Assembly: GCA_964016885.1 (NCBI GenBank)
Contig: CAXHJY010000472.1
Span: 1-64,000 of the forward strand
Direction of reading: 5' to 3'
DNA: 64,000 bases
DNA from: Eledone cirrhosa
Lineage: Eukaryota
The notes beneath the pieces were generated by a model. That model did not search any database. It was not told the origin of the DNA and worked only from the letters and a program-made list of their open reading frames with translations. The translations under genes were made by a program, and so were the position numbers. This document shows positions 17,682 through 36,795 of the stretch, in pieces (the stretch's first letter is position 1; each line of letters starts with the position of its first letter).

Positions 17682-17836
17682 TTCATTATTTCTGAAGACG
17701 GCGTATATATGTGTTTGGTATGTATATTTAATCTTGATAATTTGTATAATTTTGTATAATTTTGTACATAGATCTGTTAAATATGCATACCAATTCTAAC
17801 ACATATATATCCTAGAAACGATCGTTAAATAATGAA
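17682..17836 (+). ncRNA. Type I hammerhead ribozyme, upstream pLTR; predicted cleavage after GUU at 17826
   Basis: 10-bp stem I TTCATTATTT/AAATAATGAA, core CTGAAGA (17692-98), 116-nt stem II, GAAA (17815-18), palindromic minimal stem III AACGATCGTT. Confidence 0.75.
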
Positions 17837-18181
17837 CTTTTTTTGTTTAATATAAGGAATTGTTTATTCATTATTTGTTTAATATTTTATCTTGACTCTG
17901 TATACCGTTTATCTTTCACCGAAAGTGGTTTTTCATTACATCTCTTGTTTCCATGATATCCGGAATACATTGAGTTCTTCATACGATTGGACACTACCGT
18001 AAACTCTTGGTAGATTTATCTACATAATTTTGCTCCTATTTTCACGGAAATATTCGTATTTTTGTACTGTATGTGTGTATTAATTTTATATTTATGTATA
18101 AACATATATATATATGTATGATTTTGTAAAACCCATATACATTTAGTTGAGCTCTTTCAATTGTCCATCATCCATATCACA

Positions 18182-20616
18182 ATGGAAAAACAATATTTAG
18201 GAACCTCCTAAAAAACATACCAATACCTTCTAAGGATGACTTCTTACTCCTTATGATTCAGAAAACTAATAATTTTATCAGAAGGGTTAGATGGAGAGCC
18301 TACCACTTCGATAGAAAATCTAAACAAGCAGATCGGAAATATATGTATGATTTCAATACTTACAAGAATCCACCACACAACTTTTTACTTGAAGACTTCG
18401 AGAAAGACCTTTTAATTTAATTAAACACCTCAAATTTAAAAAGTATAAATCCGTCTTTCAAAAGGACCTTGATTCTACCCTATTGGACCTAAAAAGTCTA
18501 AAAAAATCCATGTCCACTCGGACAAACTGGTAACTTGTATCATATGGATATTGAACATTATAACGAGTTCATATATAAAGAACTCAGAAAAAATTATAAA
18601 AATCTAATAATGTGTCACTCACCAACATCAACAACAAAACACACAACATAGTAAAAAAACTAAACATTGAAGATAGAACTGAACCTTTGGCATTGAAAAG
18701 ACCACACTTCAACTTGAAAGATCACAAATCTAACTTTAACTCAAATCCTTCTATTAGACTTATATGTCCCTCCAAATCAGATATTGGAATAATTAGCAAA
18801 AAAATTTTAGATAGAGTCATCCCACAAATAAGAAAACACGTTATTTTACCACTCTGGGAAAACACCTCCCAGGTAATTAACTGGTTTAAAAATATTAGGT
18901 GTAAATCTTCTGCTTCTTTCCTACAATTTGATATAGATAATTACTATTCTTCTATATCACCTATACTCCTGAACAAAGCATTGATATTTGCTAAAAATAG
19001 ATCTAACTTAACTTTGGATGACATTAACATTATTACACATGCTAGACTAACACTTATTGAATTTCAGAATGAATACTGGACCAGAAACACATACAGTAAT
19101 CTTTTTGATATTACTATGGGTTCAAGCGATTCCGCCCAAATTACTGATCTTGTGGGCCTCTTTCTCCTTTTCAACATAAATGCCTCTTTTCCCCACCTCA
19201 AAGGTGGTTTATATCGTGATGACTGTCTTCTTCTTTCTAACAACCTTAGCCTTTCAGAAATTGAAAAAAACAAAAAACATATTAGAACTTTCCTTAAAGA
19301 CTATTATAATCTTAATATTACTTTTGAAAAAACAAGTAAAGTAGTAAATTTCCTAGATATAACTTTAGATTTAGCTACGGGTATCTACCAACCTTACCAT
19401 AAACCTAACCAAAACTTACATTACATACACTCACAATCTAATCACCCTAAATCTATCCTTAAAAACCTTGCATATAATATATCACTTAGAATTTCTAACC
19501 TTTCTTCTAACCAAGATGTATTTGATAAAAATGCGACCTTCTATAACGAAGCTCTAGATAGAAGTGGCCACAAAAATAGATTAGAGTATATACCTTCTAC
19601 TAAAAATACTGAAAGCATACAACATAATATTACCAACAAACACCAAATGAAAAGTACACACCTAAATGCCACCCACACTATACCCCAAAATACCAAATCT
19701 TCTAATATAAAGTATAGTAACTCTCAAAAAACTACTCATCATACAACTATAATAAATATTAATAATAAAACTCCTAATAAAAAGGATAAAAACACCTAAA
19801 TCTACAAATATAACTAAAAATAGTTGTGGTGAGATCATTAACATTAATCCTCCTAGTAAAAATCACGATACAACCTATAAAAATAAATAAAATAATAAAC
19901 AACATAGAAACCGTAATAGACGGGTTACTTGGTATAATGCTCCTTTTAATTACAAGTTAAGGATAATATTGCTAAAAAATTTTTTTTATATCCTTGAGAA
20001 AAACTTCCCACCAAACCACAATACCATCAAATCTTAAATAGGTCTACAGTAAATTCTCATACTCTACAACAAATAACATAAAACAAAATATAAGTGCATA
20101 TAATGCATATAAATGTAAGAAAACCATAAGTATACCACAGTACATCAAATTAACCATAATATCTCCTCAAATACAGAATTAACGAAAGGATGTAACTGTA
20201 GAAACAAAGCAAACTGCCCATTAAAAGGGAATTGTCTTGTTAACAACATAGTCTATAAATGTAATGTTAAAACTAAAGATTCTATTTGCTCATATATAGG
20301 AGCTACCTCTAACAATTTTAAGACAAGGTTTAATACCCACAAGCATAGTTTTAAAATTGCCGCACTGGCTAATACAACATCTCTAGCAGAAAAAATCAAT
20401 AGTTATAAAAATAAGAATATAAAATATGATTTGACCTGGAGTGTGCTCAAAAGAGCCACCCCTTATCAAAATAATAGAAATGAATGTAGATTATGTTCCC
20501 AAGAACTATTTGAAATAATGAAGTCTAGGATATCTTATTAAATAAACGACAGGAATTAGTTATATCGTGTAATCATAAACTAAAAAAAAACATTTAAATA
20601 TTATAAACCTAATTAA
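18182..20616 (+). pseudogene. Full-length PLE RT + GIY-YIG ORF with several 1-bp frameshifts
   Basis: Begins MEKQYLGTS/LKNIPIPSKDDF...FIRRVRWRAYHF; 395-aa intact segment 18612-19799 (LKDHK, IRLICPSKSDIG, QFDIDNYY, YRDD); ends YYKPN*. Indels lie mostly in homopolymers and may be read errors. Confidence 0.88.
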
Positions 20617-22289
20617 TAACATTATTTTAGAAATTAATTTAATTTAAATGTTAGTTAACCTATAAATTAATTTAATTAAAATTTTATTACAGATGAGAAT
20701 ATAAAATATTATGTAATCATAAATTGTCGAAAAAACCTTTAAATATTACTAATATATACTTAGTAATTTAATTTATAGATTAATTTAATTTATTTAAACC
20801 TTTTATTATAATTCTTTTACAGATAAAATATAACAAATAATATCGTGTATCCAATGACAGAGAAATAATTTTTAGTATTATAGACCTAATTAATATACAT
20901 TTTAGAAATATATTTATTATTTGGTTTTAGTTTTAATCAACCTAAAAATTTTAATTTTAATTTGCTTAAAATTAGTATCCTTATACAGACGAATTGCAGA
21001 ATGTCATGTAATCATAGAATGGGATGTGTTTTGGATATATACCTAGTTAATATATTCTATGCAATTTTTTGATAAAGATATGTATATGTATATGTGTATG
21101 TGTATGTGTGTGTGTGTATGTATATGTGTATGTATGTGTATATGTGTATATATATATATATATAATATATTGTGTGTATATATATTTATATATGTATGTG
21201 TATGTATATGTATATGTATGCGTATTAATTTTGATTTCTATTTGCATATAATTATATTATGCTATTGATGAAATACAATATCTGCTTTATGTATTGTATA
21301 CCTAATTAACATATACTATGAAATAAATATACAATTTTTAATTTAGTTAACCTATAATTTATATTCTACTACCGATGTAATACTTTTATTTTATTTTTAT
21401 TTGTGTTTTTTTTCCCTATTACTAAATTCATTTCCTAATATTGATACCATAACGTTATTAACTTTAATTTAGTTATACTGTAATTAATACTCTACTACTG
21501 TTTAACTTCAAATTCTGCTTTCAAATATTATAAACCTAACTAATTTACACCTTAGAATCAATATGTTGACTATATTTGGTTAGTTTAACATATGATTAAT
21601 GGTATACTTGTTATTTTGAGATGCATAGATTTTGCCTTAGTTCTTGTTTGTTGTATTTCCTAACACTGAAAATATGTAAGAACATACATTGGATAAAGAT
21701 ACGGAAAATATTCTATGTTTCTTGAAACATTATATTTACTTTGATCCCTTCTCCAAACCCCCCCTTTCCCCATACTATTATCATCTGTATTTGTAAGCGT
21801 CTATGTATGAATATTATATGTAGGTAGGTGTCTATATAGGTTTGGGTATTTATATCTAAATATAAAAATACATATATGCGCATGCAAATATGAATGTAAG
21901 ATTTGTGTGTGTATATATGAGTGTGTGTATGTATGTATATATGAGTATATATGCATGTATATATGTATGTGTATGTGAATGTGTGTACGTTTATGTGTAT
22001 GTATGTGTATATATGTGTATATATATGTATGCATGTATATGGTAGGAAATATATATATGTATATATATATGTATATGTATATGCGTGTGTATGTATGTGT
22101 GTGTATGTGTGTTGTATATATATGTATGTCTCTCTATTTATATGTCTATCTTCGTATCTATGTGATATATGTGTGTGTGTGTGCATGTATGCATATGTAT
22201 GTGTTTATGTGTGTGTGTGTGTGTATATATGTTGTGTGTGCACACACACACATGTATATATGTGAGTGTGTATATGTGTCTGTGTATAT

Positions 22290-22348
<59 letters not shown>

Positions 22349-22429
22349 TGTCTATGTGTGAATATATGTCTATATTCGTATGTGTGTATTTATGTATATG
22401 TCTATTGTATGTATATGTATGTATGTATG

Positions 22430-22472
<43 letters not shown>

Positions 22473-22751
22473 TATTCTTTATTATTATAATATAACTTAT
22501 GTGTATATGTGTATAAGTGAGGTTGTGTATGTGTATATAATATGTGTATATATAAGTGTAAAAAAATATATATATATGTGCATGTCTGTTTTTTATGTGT
22601 GTGTATATATATATATATATATATACGTGTGTATATATATGTATATGTGGGTGTTTGTATGTGTATTTATGGTGGTATGAGTGTGTGGATATCTATGTGT
22701 ATATATATATATATATGTATGAGTGTATGTGTGTATATATATATATATATG

Positions 22752-22788
<37 letters not shown>

Positions 22789-23162
22789 ATGTATGTGTGT
22801 ATATATATATCTCTATTAATGCGTGTGTGTATGTATATACATATGCCTTTTTATTATTATTTTTATTTGTATGTCTGAGTTAGGTGAGGTTGTAGTGGTT
22901 TTTTATGTATATACGCATATATGGATGCGTATGTATTTGTATATATGAGTATAAGTAAGTGCATATGTATGTATGATTATATATCTAATTCTATGTATGA
23001 ATATACATGTATATATATGTGTGTATGTAAGTTGTGTGTGTATGTATCTATATGTCTATGTGTGTGTATATATATATATATATATATGTATATCGATGTA
23101 CGTATATGTATGTACATGTATGTCTATGTATGTGTGTATGTATGTGTATGTATATTTAGGTG

Positions 23163-23207
<45 letters not shown>

Positions 23208-23447
23208 ATATATATATATGTATATATCTTTATTATTTATTTTTTATATATATGTGTATGTGTGTATGTGTTGCGTGTGTGTGTGTGTATATATATATCT
23301 TTATATATGTGTATGTGTATGTTCGTGTAGGTGTATGTGTGTGTATGACTGTATATGTATGTGTATATGTGTATATGCGTAAATATTTCTATGTGTGTGT
23401 ACATGTATGTATGTGTATATATCTGTATGTGTATGTATGTGTATTTG

Positions 23448-23489
<42 letters not shown>

Positions 23490-24120
23490 ATATATATATA
23501 TATCTATATGTATATGTGTGTGTATGTATATATATATATATATATATCTATATGTTTTTCTATTTGTATATGTATGTGTGTATAGGTATATACCTTTCTC
23601 TTTGTATTTCTAAGCTGTGTGATAGTGTAGTGGTGTTTGTATGTATATACCGATATATAGATGCGTAAGTATTTGTCTGTATGTGTATATATGTAAGTCT
23701 GTATATATTTGTGTGTATATATAGCTATGTATGTGTATATCTGTATGTATATTAGTATGTAAGTGTTGTATATGTGCATGTATGTGTGTGGTTATATATA
23801 TCTGTGTCTATATAGTATGTGTAATTATATGTATATGTGTGTGTATATGTACGTGTATGTACATATATATATGTATATGTATGTATATATATGTGTGTAT
23901 ATATGTATGTGTATATATATATGTATGTGTATTTGTATGTATATGTGTATATGTATGTATGTGTGTATATGTATATGTTTATATATGTGTGTATATGTAT
24001 GTTCTTAGTGTGGATGTGTGTATATGTATGTATGTGTTTATATATGTGTGTATATTTATGTATGGATATGTGTGTGTCTATGTGTATATATATATATGTT
24101 TTTGTATATATATATATGTA

Positions 24121-24165
<45 letters not shown>

Positions 24166-24850
24166 ATATATGTGTATATATATATATATATATTTATTTT
24201 CTTGATATATTTCTTTTTTCTTTTTTCTTTTTTCTTTTTTCTGTTTTTCTTTCTATTCTTTCCTCTTTAATGTTTTATTTATTATATTTTATTGTTTTAT
24301 TTTTTTATCTTTCTTAGTTTATAGATACATTTATATTAGGCAGTCTGCTCAGACAGTTGAATACTGACCCCTCCCCCCCCTCCCACCTAATTTCTGTATC
24401 TTGATCTAAAAATGTGTGTGCCAGTGTTTTATGTGAGTGAATTAATATCCACGTGCTTATGATTTTATATCCACATATATAAATGTGAGTGGAAGGTGTG
24501 TGTGTGTTTGTATGTTCGTGGTTATGTGTATATTTATGCATATACGCGCGTGTATGTGTGATTGTACGGATATGTGTGAGTATGAAAAAATATATTTATA
24601 TACTTGACTTCATAAGTGTCAATACGCATCTTATCTGCGCATTGTAAGCTTACAGAGACATTAACCTTGAAATTTTGTATTTGCATCCATCCTTTTAGTA
24701 TGCGTATACAAATTATACATACATTTTTGTAAAATATGTGTAAGGGTTTTACATGTATATACACACACCGAACTGCATTTAACCCTTTGTGTTTTCATTG
24801 GTCAATTTTGAACTGAAATTTTGAATTGTTGTTATTATCAATAAATATAC

Positions 24851-25005
24851 TTCATTATTTCTGAAGACGGCGTATATATGTGTTTGGTATGTATATTTAA
24901 TCTTGATAATTTGTATAATTTTGTATAATTTTGTACATAGATCTGTTGAATATGCATACCAATTCTAACACATATATATCCTAGAAACGATCGTTAAATA
25001 ATGAA
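24851..25005 (+). ncRNA. Type I hammerhead ribozyme, downstream pLTR; predicted cleavage after 24995
   Basis: Same motif as 17682-17836. Confidence 0.75.
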
Positions 25006-25193
25006 CTTTTTTTGTTTAATATAAGGAATTGTTTATTCATTATTTGTTTAATATTTTATCTTGACTCTGTATACCGTTTATCTTTCACCGAAAGTGGATT
25101 TTCATTACATCTCTTCTTTCCATGATATCCGGAATACATTGAGTTCTTCATACGGATTGGACACTACCGTAAACTCTTGGTAGATTTATCTAC

Positions 25194-29860
<4,667 letters not shown>

Positions 29861-29942
29861 CGTTATTCCGGTTGAATCGGAGGTAACCACAGTAAGTAAG
29901 GTACTCAATACATAGCAGAGTATAATAGTTTTAATATAGAAG

Positions 29943-29993
29943 AGATTCTACAGGACTAGAACTGTTTCATTCATTAGAAATCATCAGGAATCT
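29943..29993 (-). ncRNA. Type I hammerhead ribozyme with full stem III
   Basis: Minus strand AGATTC-CTGATGA-T-TTC-TAAT-GAA-T-GAAA-CAG-TTCTAGTC-CTG-TA-GAATCT. Confidence 0.85.
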
Positions 29994-30215
29994 GGGTATC
30001 AAAAATAAATATGGTATTTATAGTCTCTACAAGTGGTAGGAGAGGGTGGGGAGTGGGATGGGTGCAGGTCATTGGTTGATAGAGAAGGGAATTCATTAAA
30101 GGGAATTCTTTAATGAATTCCTTCTCTATCAACCAATGACCTGCACCCATCCCACTCCCACCCTCTCCTACCACTTGTAGAGACCTATAAATACCATATT
30201 TATTTTTTGATACCC

Positions 30216-30265
30216 AGATTCTGATGATTTCTAATGAATGAAACAGTTCTAGTCCTGTAGAATCT
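30216..30265 (+). ncRNA. Type I hammerhead ribozyme, mirror copy with one C missing at the stem I/core junction
   Basis: AGATT-CTGATGA...GAAACAG...CTGTA-GAATCT; GUA site ends at 30259. Confidence 0.75.
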
Positions 30266-30280
30266 CTTCTATATTAAAAC

Positions 30281-30327
<47 letters not shown>

Positions 30328-30329
30328 CT

Positions 30330-30488
<159 letters not shown>

Positions 30489-30888
30489 TTATTTTTTTTT
30501 TTTTTTTTTTTTTGCGCGGGGACATAGAATAATCGGGCTGGATGCCCGATCGCGCAGTTAAACCACTGGGAGTGAAGAACCCCTAGCCCATGTCAGGGTA
30601 TTCTTCTAGGAGAAGGCATCTCAGGAAACTGGGTTAACTCCGATATAAAACCTGCGGCTCAGTAGTTACCGATGATGTTGATCTTTTCTTCTTTTCGGGT
30701 TATAGCTACTATCGCTCAGAGAGTGGATTGGTTCAGTGCACAGTCTTTCCTCACTTTAAAAATATTCGTCACGCACAGGCATTGCACGAGTGCATTAATA
30801 ATTATTAATAGTGTAGTATCATTATTATTATTATTATTATTACTATTATTATTACTTTTTTTTTTTTTTTTTTTTTTTTTCCAATTCA

Positions 30889-33800
30889 ATGATGTTCCAG
30901 AACAATGTAAACGAGATAATTGCCAATTTGGGTTCTGGAACAAAAAAGATCATTGGCAATAAGGGCAGGGGCCCCAAGTTATCACAACCTGGGCCCGCCC
31001 GTCATCGTGCCATTGTAATAGAGCCAAACAGGGCATTTAGTCTTGGCTGCTGGAACGTACGGACGCTGCTTGACAGGATTCTTTGGAGCGTCCTGAACGA
31101 AGGACCGCTCTTGTTGCGAAGGAGCTTCGACGTTACGATCTTGACATCGTGGCTTTGTCTGAGACGAGGTTAGCTGGGGATGGTCATCTTACGGAATTTT
31201 GTGGAGAATATACATTCTTCTGGAAAGGAAGAGATGAAGGAACCAGAAGAGAGGCTGGGGTAGGATTTGCTGTTAAGACTGTACTGGTGAATAAATTAGA
31301 AGAATTCCAGTGGGGATTAGTGAGCGTCTTATGTCCATGAGAGTTCCGCTGGACAAGGGAAGATATGCTACCCTGGTGAGTGTGTATGCTCCAACTATGA
31401 TTCTGTCGATGAAGAAAAACTGTCCTTTTACCATGCCTTGAAAGGTGTTTTAAGAAATATCCCTCAGGCAGACAAAATCATCGTGCTTGGTGACTTTAAT
31501 GCTAGAGTGGGTAGGGATTTTAACACATGGAATGTAATCGGAAGGCATGGGGTGGGGAAAGTGTAACAGCAATGGTATGCTCTTGCTGCAGATGTGTGAG
31601 GAGCTGGATCTGTGTGTTACCAGCACCATGTTCCAACAAAAGAACAAATTCAAGACCACATGGATGCATCCTGCATCTAAGGAATGGCATCTTTTGGACT
31701 ACGTCCTAGTCAGGATGCGTGACAGACAGGATGTGCAGTGTGTTCGTGTTCTTCGTGGAGCTGAGTGCTGGACGGACCACCGCCTGGTACGCGCAAAAGT
31801 GAATCTAATCCACCAAACGTAAAATCCGGGCTCCTGGTGTTACCCTGCCCAAAAGATTGAATGCTGCTCGTCTTAAGGATAAAAATGTGAAGAGGACATT
31901 GGAAGAAGAGATGCAGGCTGCAGATCTTGGTGAGATTGGCCGACCTTAAAAAGTCGGTTTATGATGTAGGCAGACGTGTTCTGGGATTGGTGCAGAGAAA
32001 ACATCAGGACTGGTTTAATGAGAAAGATGTGCATATAGATGACTTGTTGGCTGATAAGAGGCGCGCTCTGTCACGCTACTTGACGGCAAACCACAGGAGA
32101 GGAATACGTTGCATGAGGAGCTCAGGGATGTAAAATCACGTGTTAGGCGGAGTCTTTCTCAGATGAAGGATCAGTGGTGGAGTGAGAAGGCTGGTGAGAT
32201 ACAAACTGCGTCTGATTGCAATAACACAAAGCTGTTGTACAGTCTCTTGCGTGAGGTTTATGGACCGTCTTCTTCTCTGGTGACACCGATTCGCAGCAAG
32301 GATGGCAAAGAACTTCTTCGTGACTCACAGGGAATTCTACGAAGGTGGCGAGAGCACTTTGATGATCTTTTGAATCAGCCGTCTGTCGTCAGTGAAGATT
32401 TCCTCAATCTCATTCCGGAAAGTCCTGTGAAAGTAGCTCTCGCAGAACCTCCGACACTTGTGGAGGTTGCAGTGGCTATTTCGAAGCTGAACAGTGGAAG
32501 ATCTCCAGGTATGGATGGCATACATGCTGAGCTCCTACAATATGGTGGTGAGAGACTCCTGCAACATCTTCACTCTCTGTTTGGAAGGATATGGGCTAAT
32601 GAATCCGTGCCTGAGGACTGGAGAGATGCAGTAATGGTGGTCTTGTACAAGGGAAAGGGTAACAGGAATGATGTGGGAACTACAGAGGTATATCATTGCT
32701 TTCTGTCGTGGGGAAAGTTTTATGTAGGGTGCTTCTGGACCGTCTGCTGACACACATTGCAGATTGTGTCCTTCCTGAAAGCCAATCTGGTTTTCGTGTT
32801 GGACGCGGCACTACTGATATGATCTTCTCAGCTAGACAGCTCCAGGAGAAGTGCATTGAACAGGGCTTGGATCTGTATCAGGTTTTTGTCGATCTGACAA
32901 AGGCTTTCGATACTGTCAACAGAGATGCATTATGGAAGGTTCTCCAGAAACTTGGTTGCCCTGATAAGTTCCTTGCTTTAGTTAGGTCTTTCCATGACGA
33001 CATGAAGGCTTGGGTTAATGTCGGAGGTAACATGTCGGAGCCTATCTCAGTAAAAAATGGAGTGAAACAGGGGGATATTCCAGCACCGACCCTGTTTGCC
33101 ATATACTTTGCAATGGTTTTCTGTATTGCATTCAGGAATTGCGAGCATGGTGTTTACATCCGATATCGAACCTCAGGCAGCATATTTAACATCAGGCGCT
33201 TTGCTGCGAAGACAAAAGTATTTACATCAGTCATAAGAGACCTCTTGTATGCAGATGATTGCGATCTTGTAGCGCACACAGAGAGTGATATGCAGCACAT
33301 TTTGAATGTATTTTCTGACGCTTGCACTGCCCTGGGTTTGACTGTCAGTCTCAAGAAAACCGTCGTCATGTACCAACCTGCACCTGGTAGGCAGTACACT
33401 GAACCAAACATCTATGTGTATGGCAAACGACTTGGAGTGGTTGATCAGTTTGTCTACCTGGGAAGCACTGTCAATCGATACGGCAACCTTGACAGTGAAA
33501 TCTCACTTAGGATTAGGAAAGCAAGTGATGCTTTCGGAAAGCTAGAAAGGCGACTCTGGGGTCGGCGAGACATATGCAGGAGGACAAAGGTAAGGGTGTA
33601 CAGGGCATGTGTACTCTCTTGTCTTCTTTATGCCTGCGAGACCTGGGTCACATATCGACGCCACCTTAAGCAATTGGAGCGTTTCCATCAGATGTGTCTC
33701 AGACGGATACATGGCGTTCACTGGAGGGACCACATCAGTGATGTCGAGATTTTGGAAAGCTCTATGTGTGACAGTATAGAAGCTCTTGTGCTTAAGCAGC

Positions 33801-34430
33801 GACTCCGTTGGAGTGGTCACCTTGCCAGGATGAAGGATTCTAGAATACCAAAACAACTCTTCTATGGAGAGTTGGTTAAAGGAAAACGACCGCCACATAA
33901 ACCAAAAAAGAGGTATAAGGATTCCTTGAAGGCCTCTCTGAAAGACGCTAACATCTCTGCTGATACATGGGAAAATATTGCTGCTGATCGTAATAAATGG
34001 AGAAAGACTGTATATGAGGGAAAAAGTTGCCTTTGAGGCATCTCGAATCGCACACGAGAAAGTAAAGCGGGACGTGAGGAAGGGTATTGCTGTTGCACTT
34101 CCAGACGGCGAGGGTCCTCCTATGTTTCTGACATGCAGCGTCTGTGCGAGACTCTGCCTAAGCAAAGCTGGACTCGAAAGTCATCTTCGCAGTCATAAAG
34201 TAAGACCAGTGGTTGACTACCAGGCTGCTGTTGGAGATGCTACTCATCATGCTTGCCAAACATGTGGTAGAGAATGTAAATCAGCAGGAGGACTCAAGCG
34301 ACATGCAAAAGTACACGAACTCCAACCACAGCCGACTATTGCCAGTAAATGTTTTGGTTGCCGACTCTGTGCAAGACATTTTAGATCATTGGCTGGGCTA
34401 AAAAGCCACATTCGATCGCAGCACTGTTAG
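30889..34430 (+). pseudogene. RTE APE endonuclease + RT + three C2H2 zinc fingers, multiple frameshifts
   Basis: GCWNVRTL, DIVALSETRL, GVGFAV, TTWMHP, LDYVLV, TDHRLV, SPGMDGI, ESQSGFR, FVDLTKAFD, GVKQG, LYADD, RLRWSGH; three CxxC...HxxxH-type fingers. Confidence 0.92.
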
Positions 34431-34436
34431 TTGCTA

Positions 34437-34438
34437 TC

Positions 34439-34476
<38 letters not shown>

Positions 34477-34555
34477 GCTTATGTGCGTGCGTGTGTGTGT
34501 ATATATATATGAATATGTATATTATTATTGTTGTTGTCGTTATTATTATTATTGC

Positions 34556-34601
<46 letters not shown>

Positions 34602-34723
34602 GTTATTAATGTATGTGTGTATATATGTGTGAGTGTATGTGTATGTATGTGTGTGTGTATATATGTATGTATGTGTATGTATGTGTGTGTGTATATATAC
34701 GTGTATATATATATATATGTATA

Positions 34724-34760
<37 letters not shown>

Positions 34761-34786
34761 CTTTTCCCTTTTTTTTTTTTTTTTTT

Positions 34787-34843
<57 letters not shown>

Positions 34844-34870
34844 TTTTTTTTTTTTTTTTTTTTTTTTTAT
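34437..34870. repeat. Compound microsatellite (GT)n/(ATT)n/poly-T inside the RTE 3' UTR
   Basis: Directly visible. Confidence 0.9.
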
Positions 34871-34914
34871 TGTGCAATGGCCATACTCGATAACGAGGGG
34901 GCAGCCATCATATT

Positions 34915-35042
<128 letters not shown>

Positions 35043-35054
35043 AATATATATATA

Positions 35055-35861
<807 letters not shown>

Positions 35862-35873
35862 AATATATATATA

Positions 35874-35994
<121 letters not shown>

Positions 35995-36698
35995 GGATTA
36001 ACAAATAATAGTTAAATGCAGTCCACTTAGGTGAAGTCCAGTTATGGTATTCCAGGTAGTGGATGATATTAACGCTTGGCTTGGTTTGACTCAACAAGGC
36101 GTTTTCATAGTGATGCTGCGGGTATGCTGTAATTCCTATGTTGTAAACACTTGGAGTAATAATAAATCAGGAAAGAAGGTTTACATGGTTTGCTATACAA
36201 AAAAGTTTTTAATCACATAGCTTACATTTGTTTCACTGAACTGGTATGTTTAGAGATCGCTATCCGCCTAATTTTGCGTCACTCGATCGCCAATACAGAA
36301 TTATAACCAGTCAGATCTTCGGAGCATGCGAGAATGAAGAAAATACACAGGCAAGAAAATAAAAGAAAATATGGAGTAGTTATGGCATTCAATTAGAACA
36401 ATAAACAACAACAATTATTACAACAATGCTATCAATAAACTATTTAAGGAGACCCTGACATTACTTAGGTGGGGGGTATATAATGTATCTAATGTTACGG
36501 CGTGAAAACCAGCTGTCATAAGGCAAAAAGTATCGTAGTGTGTATCAATTTTAAATTATAAAGATAAGCTAGTTTTTACAGTCTTTCTCTTCATCTTCAA
36601 CCGTATACATGAGTGGGACCACTGTCACAGCTCAATAGTTGTAGAGTTAATACAGAGGTTAACGAATTAATATACGCATATATCTACGCACGCACACA

Positions 36699-36795
<97 letters not shown>

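Larger units (their letters stand above)
29861..30282. mobile_element. Small palindromic HHR-bearing insertion E (PLE pLTR-like or retrozyme fragment)
   Basis: Arms ~29926-30100 and ~30110-30282 are reverse complements; the left arm has a ~65-nt extension; flanked by (TA)n. Confidence 0.75.
30514..34911 (+). mobile_element. RTE-clade LINE, near full length
   Basis: Single APE-RT ORF (frameshifted); 3' end with hairpin CTCG-ATAA-CGAG and GCAGCCATCAT at 34871-34911; microsatellites within both UTRs. Confidence 0.88.

Noticed and set aside
18182-21100. Selenoprotein-type Naiad (in-frame UGA plus SECIS)
   Set aside because: Cys positions are ordinary codons, the ORF ends in TAA, and no convincing SECIS was seen by eye; SECISearch would settle it
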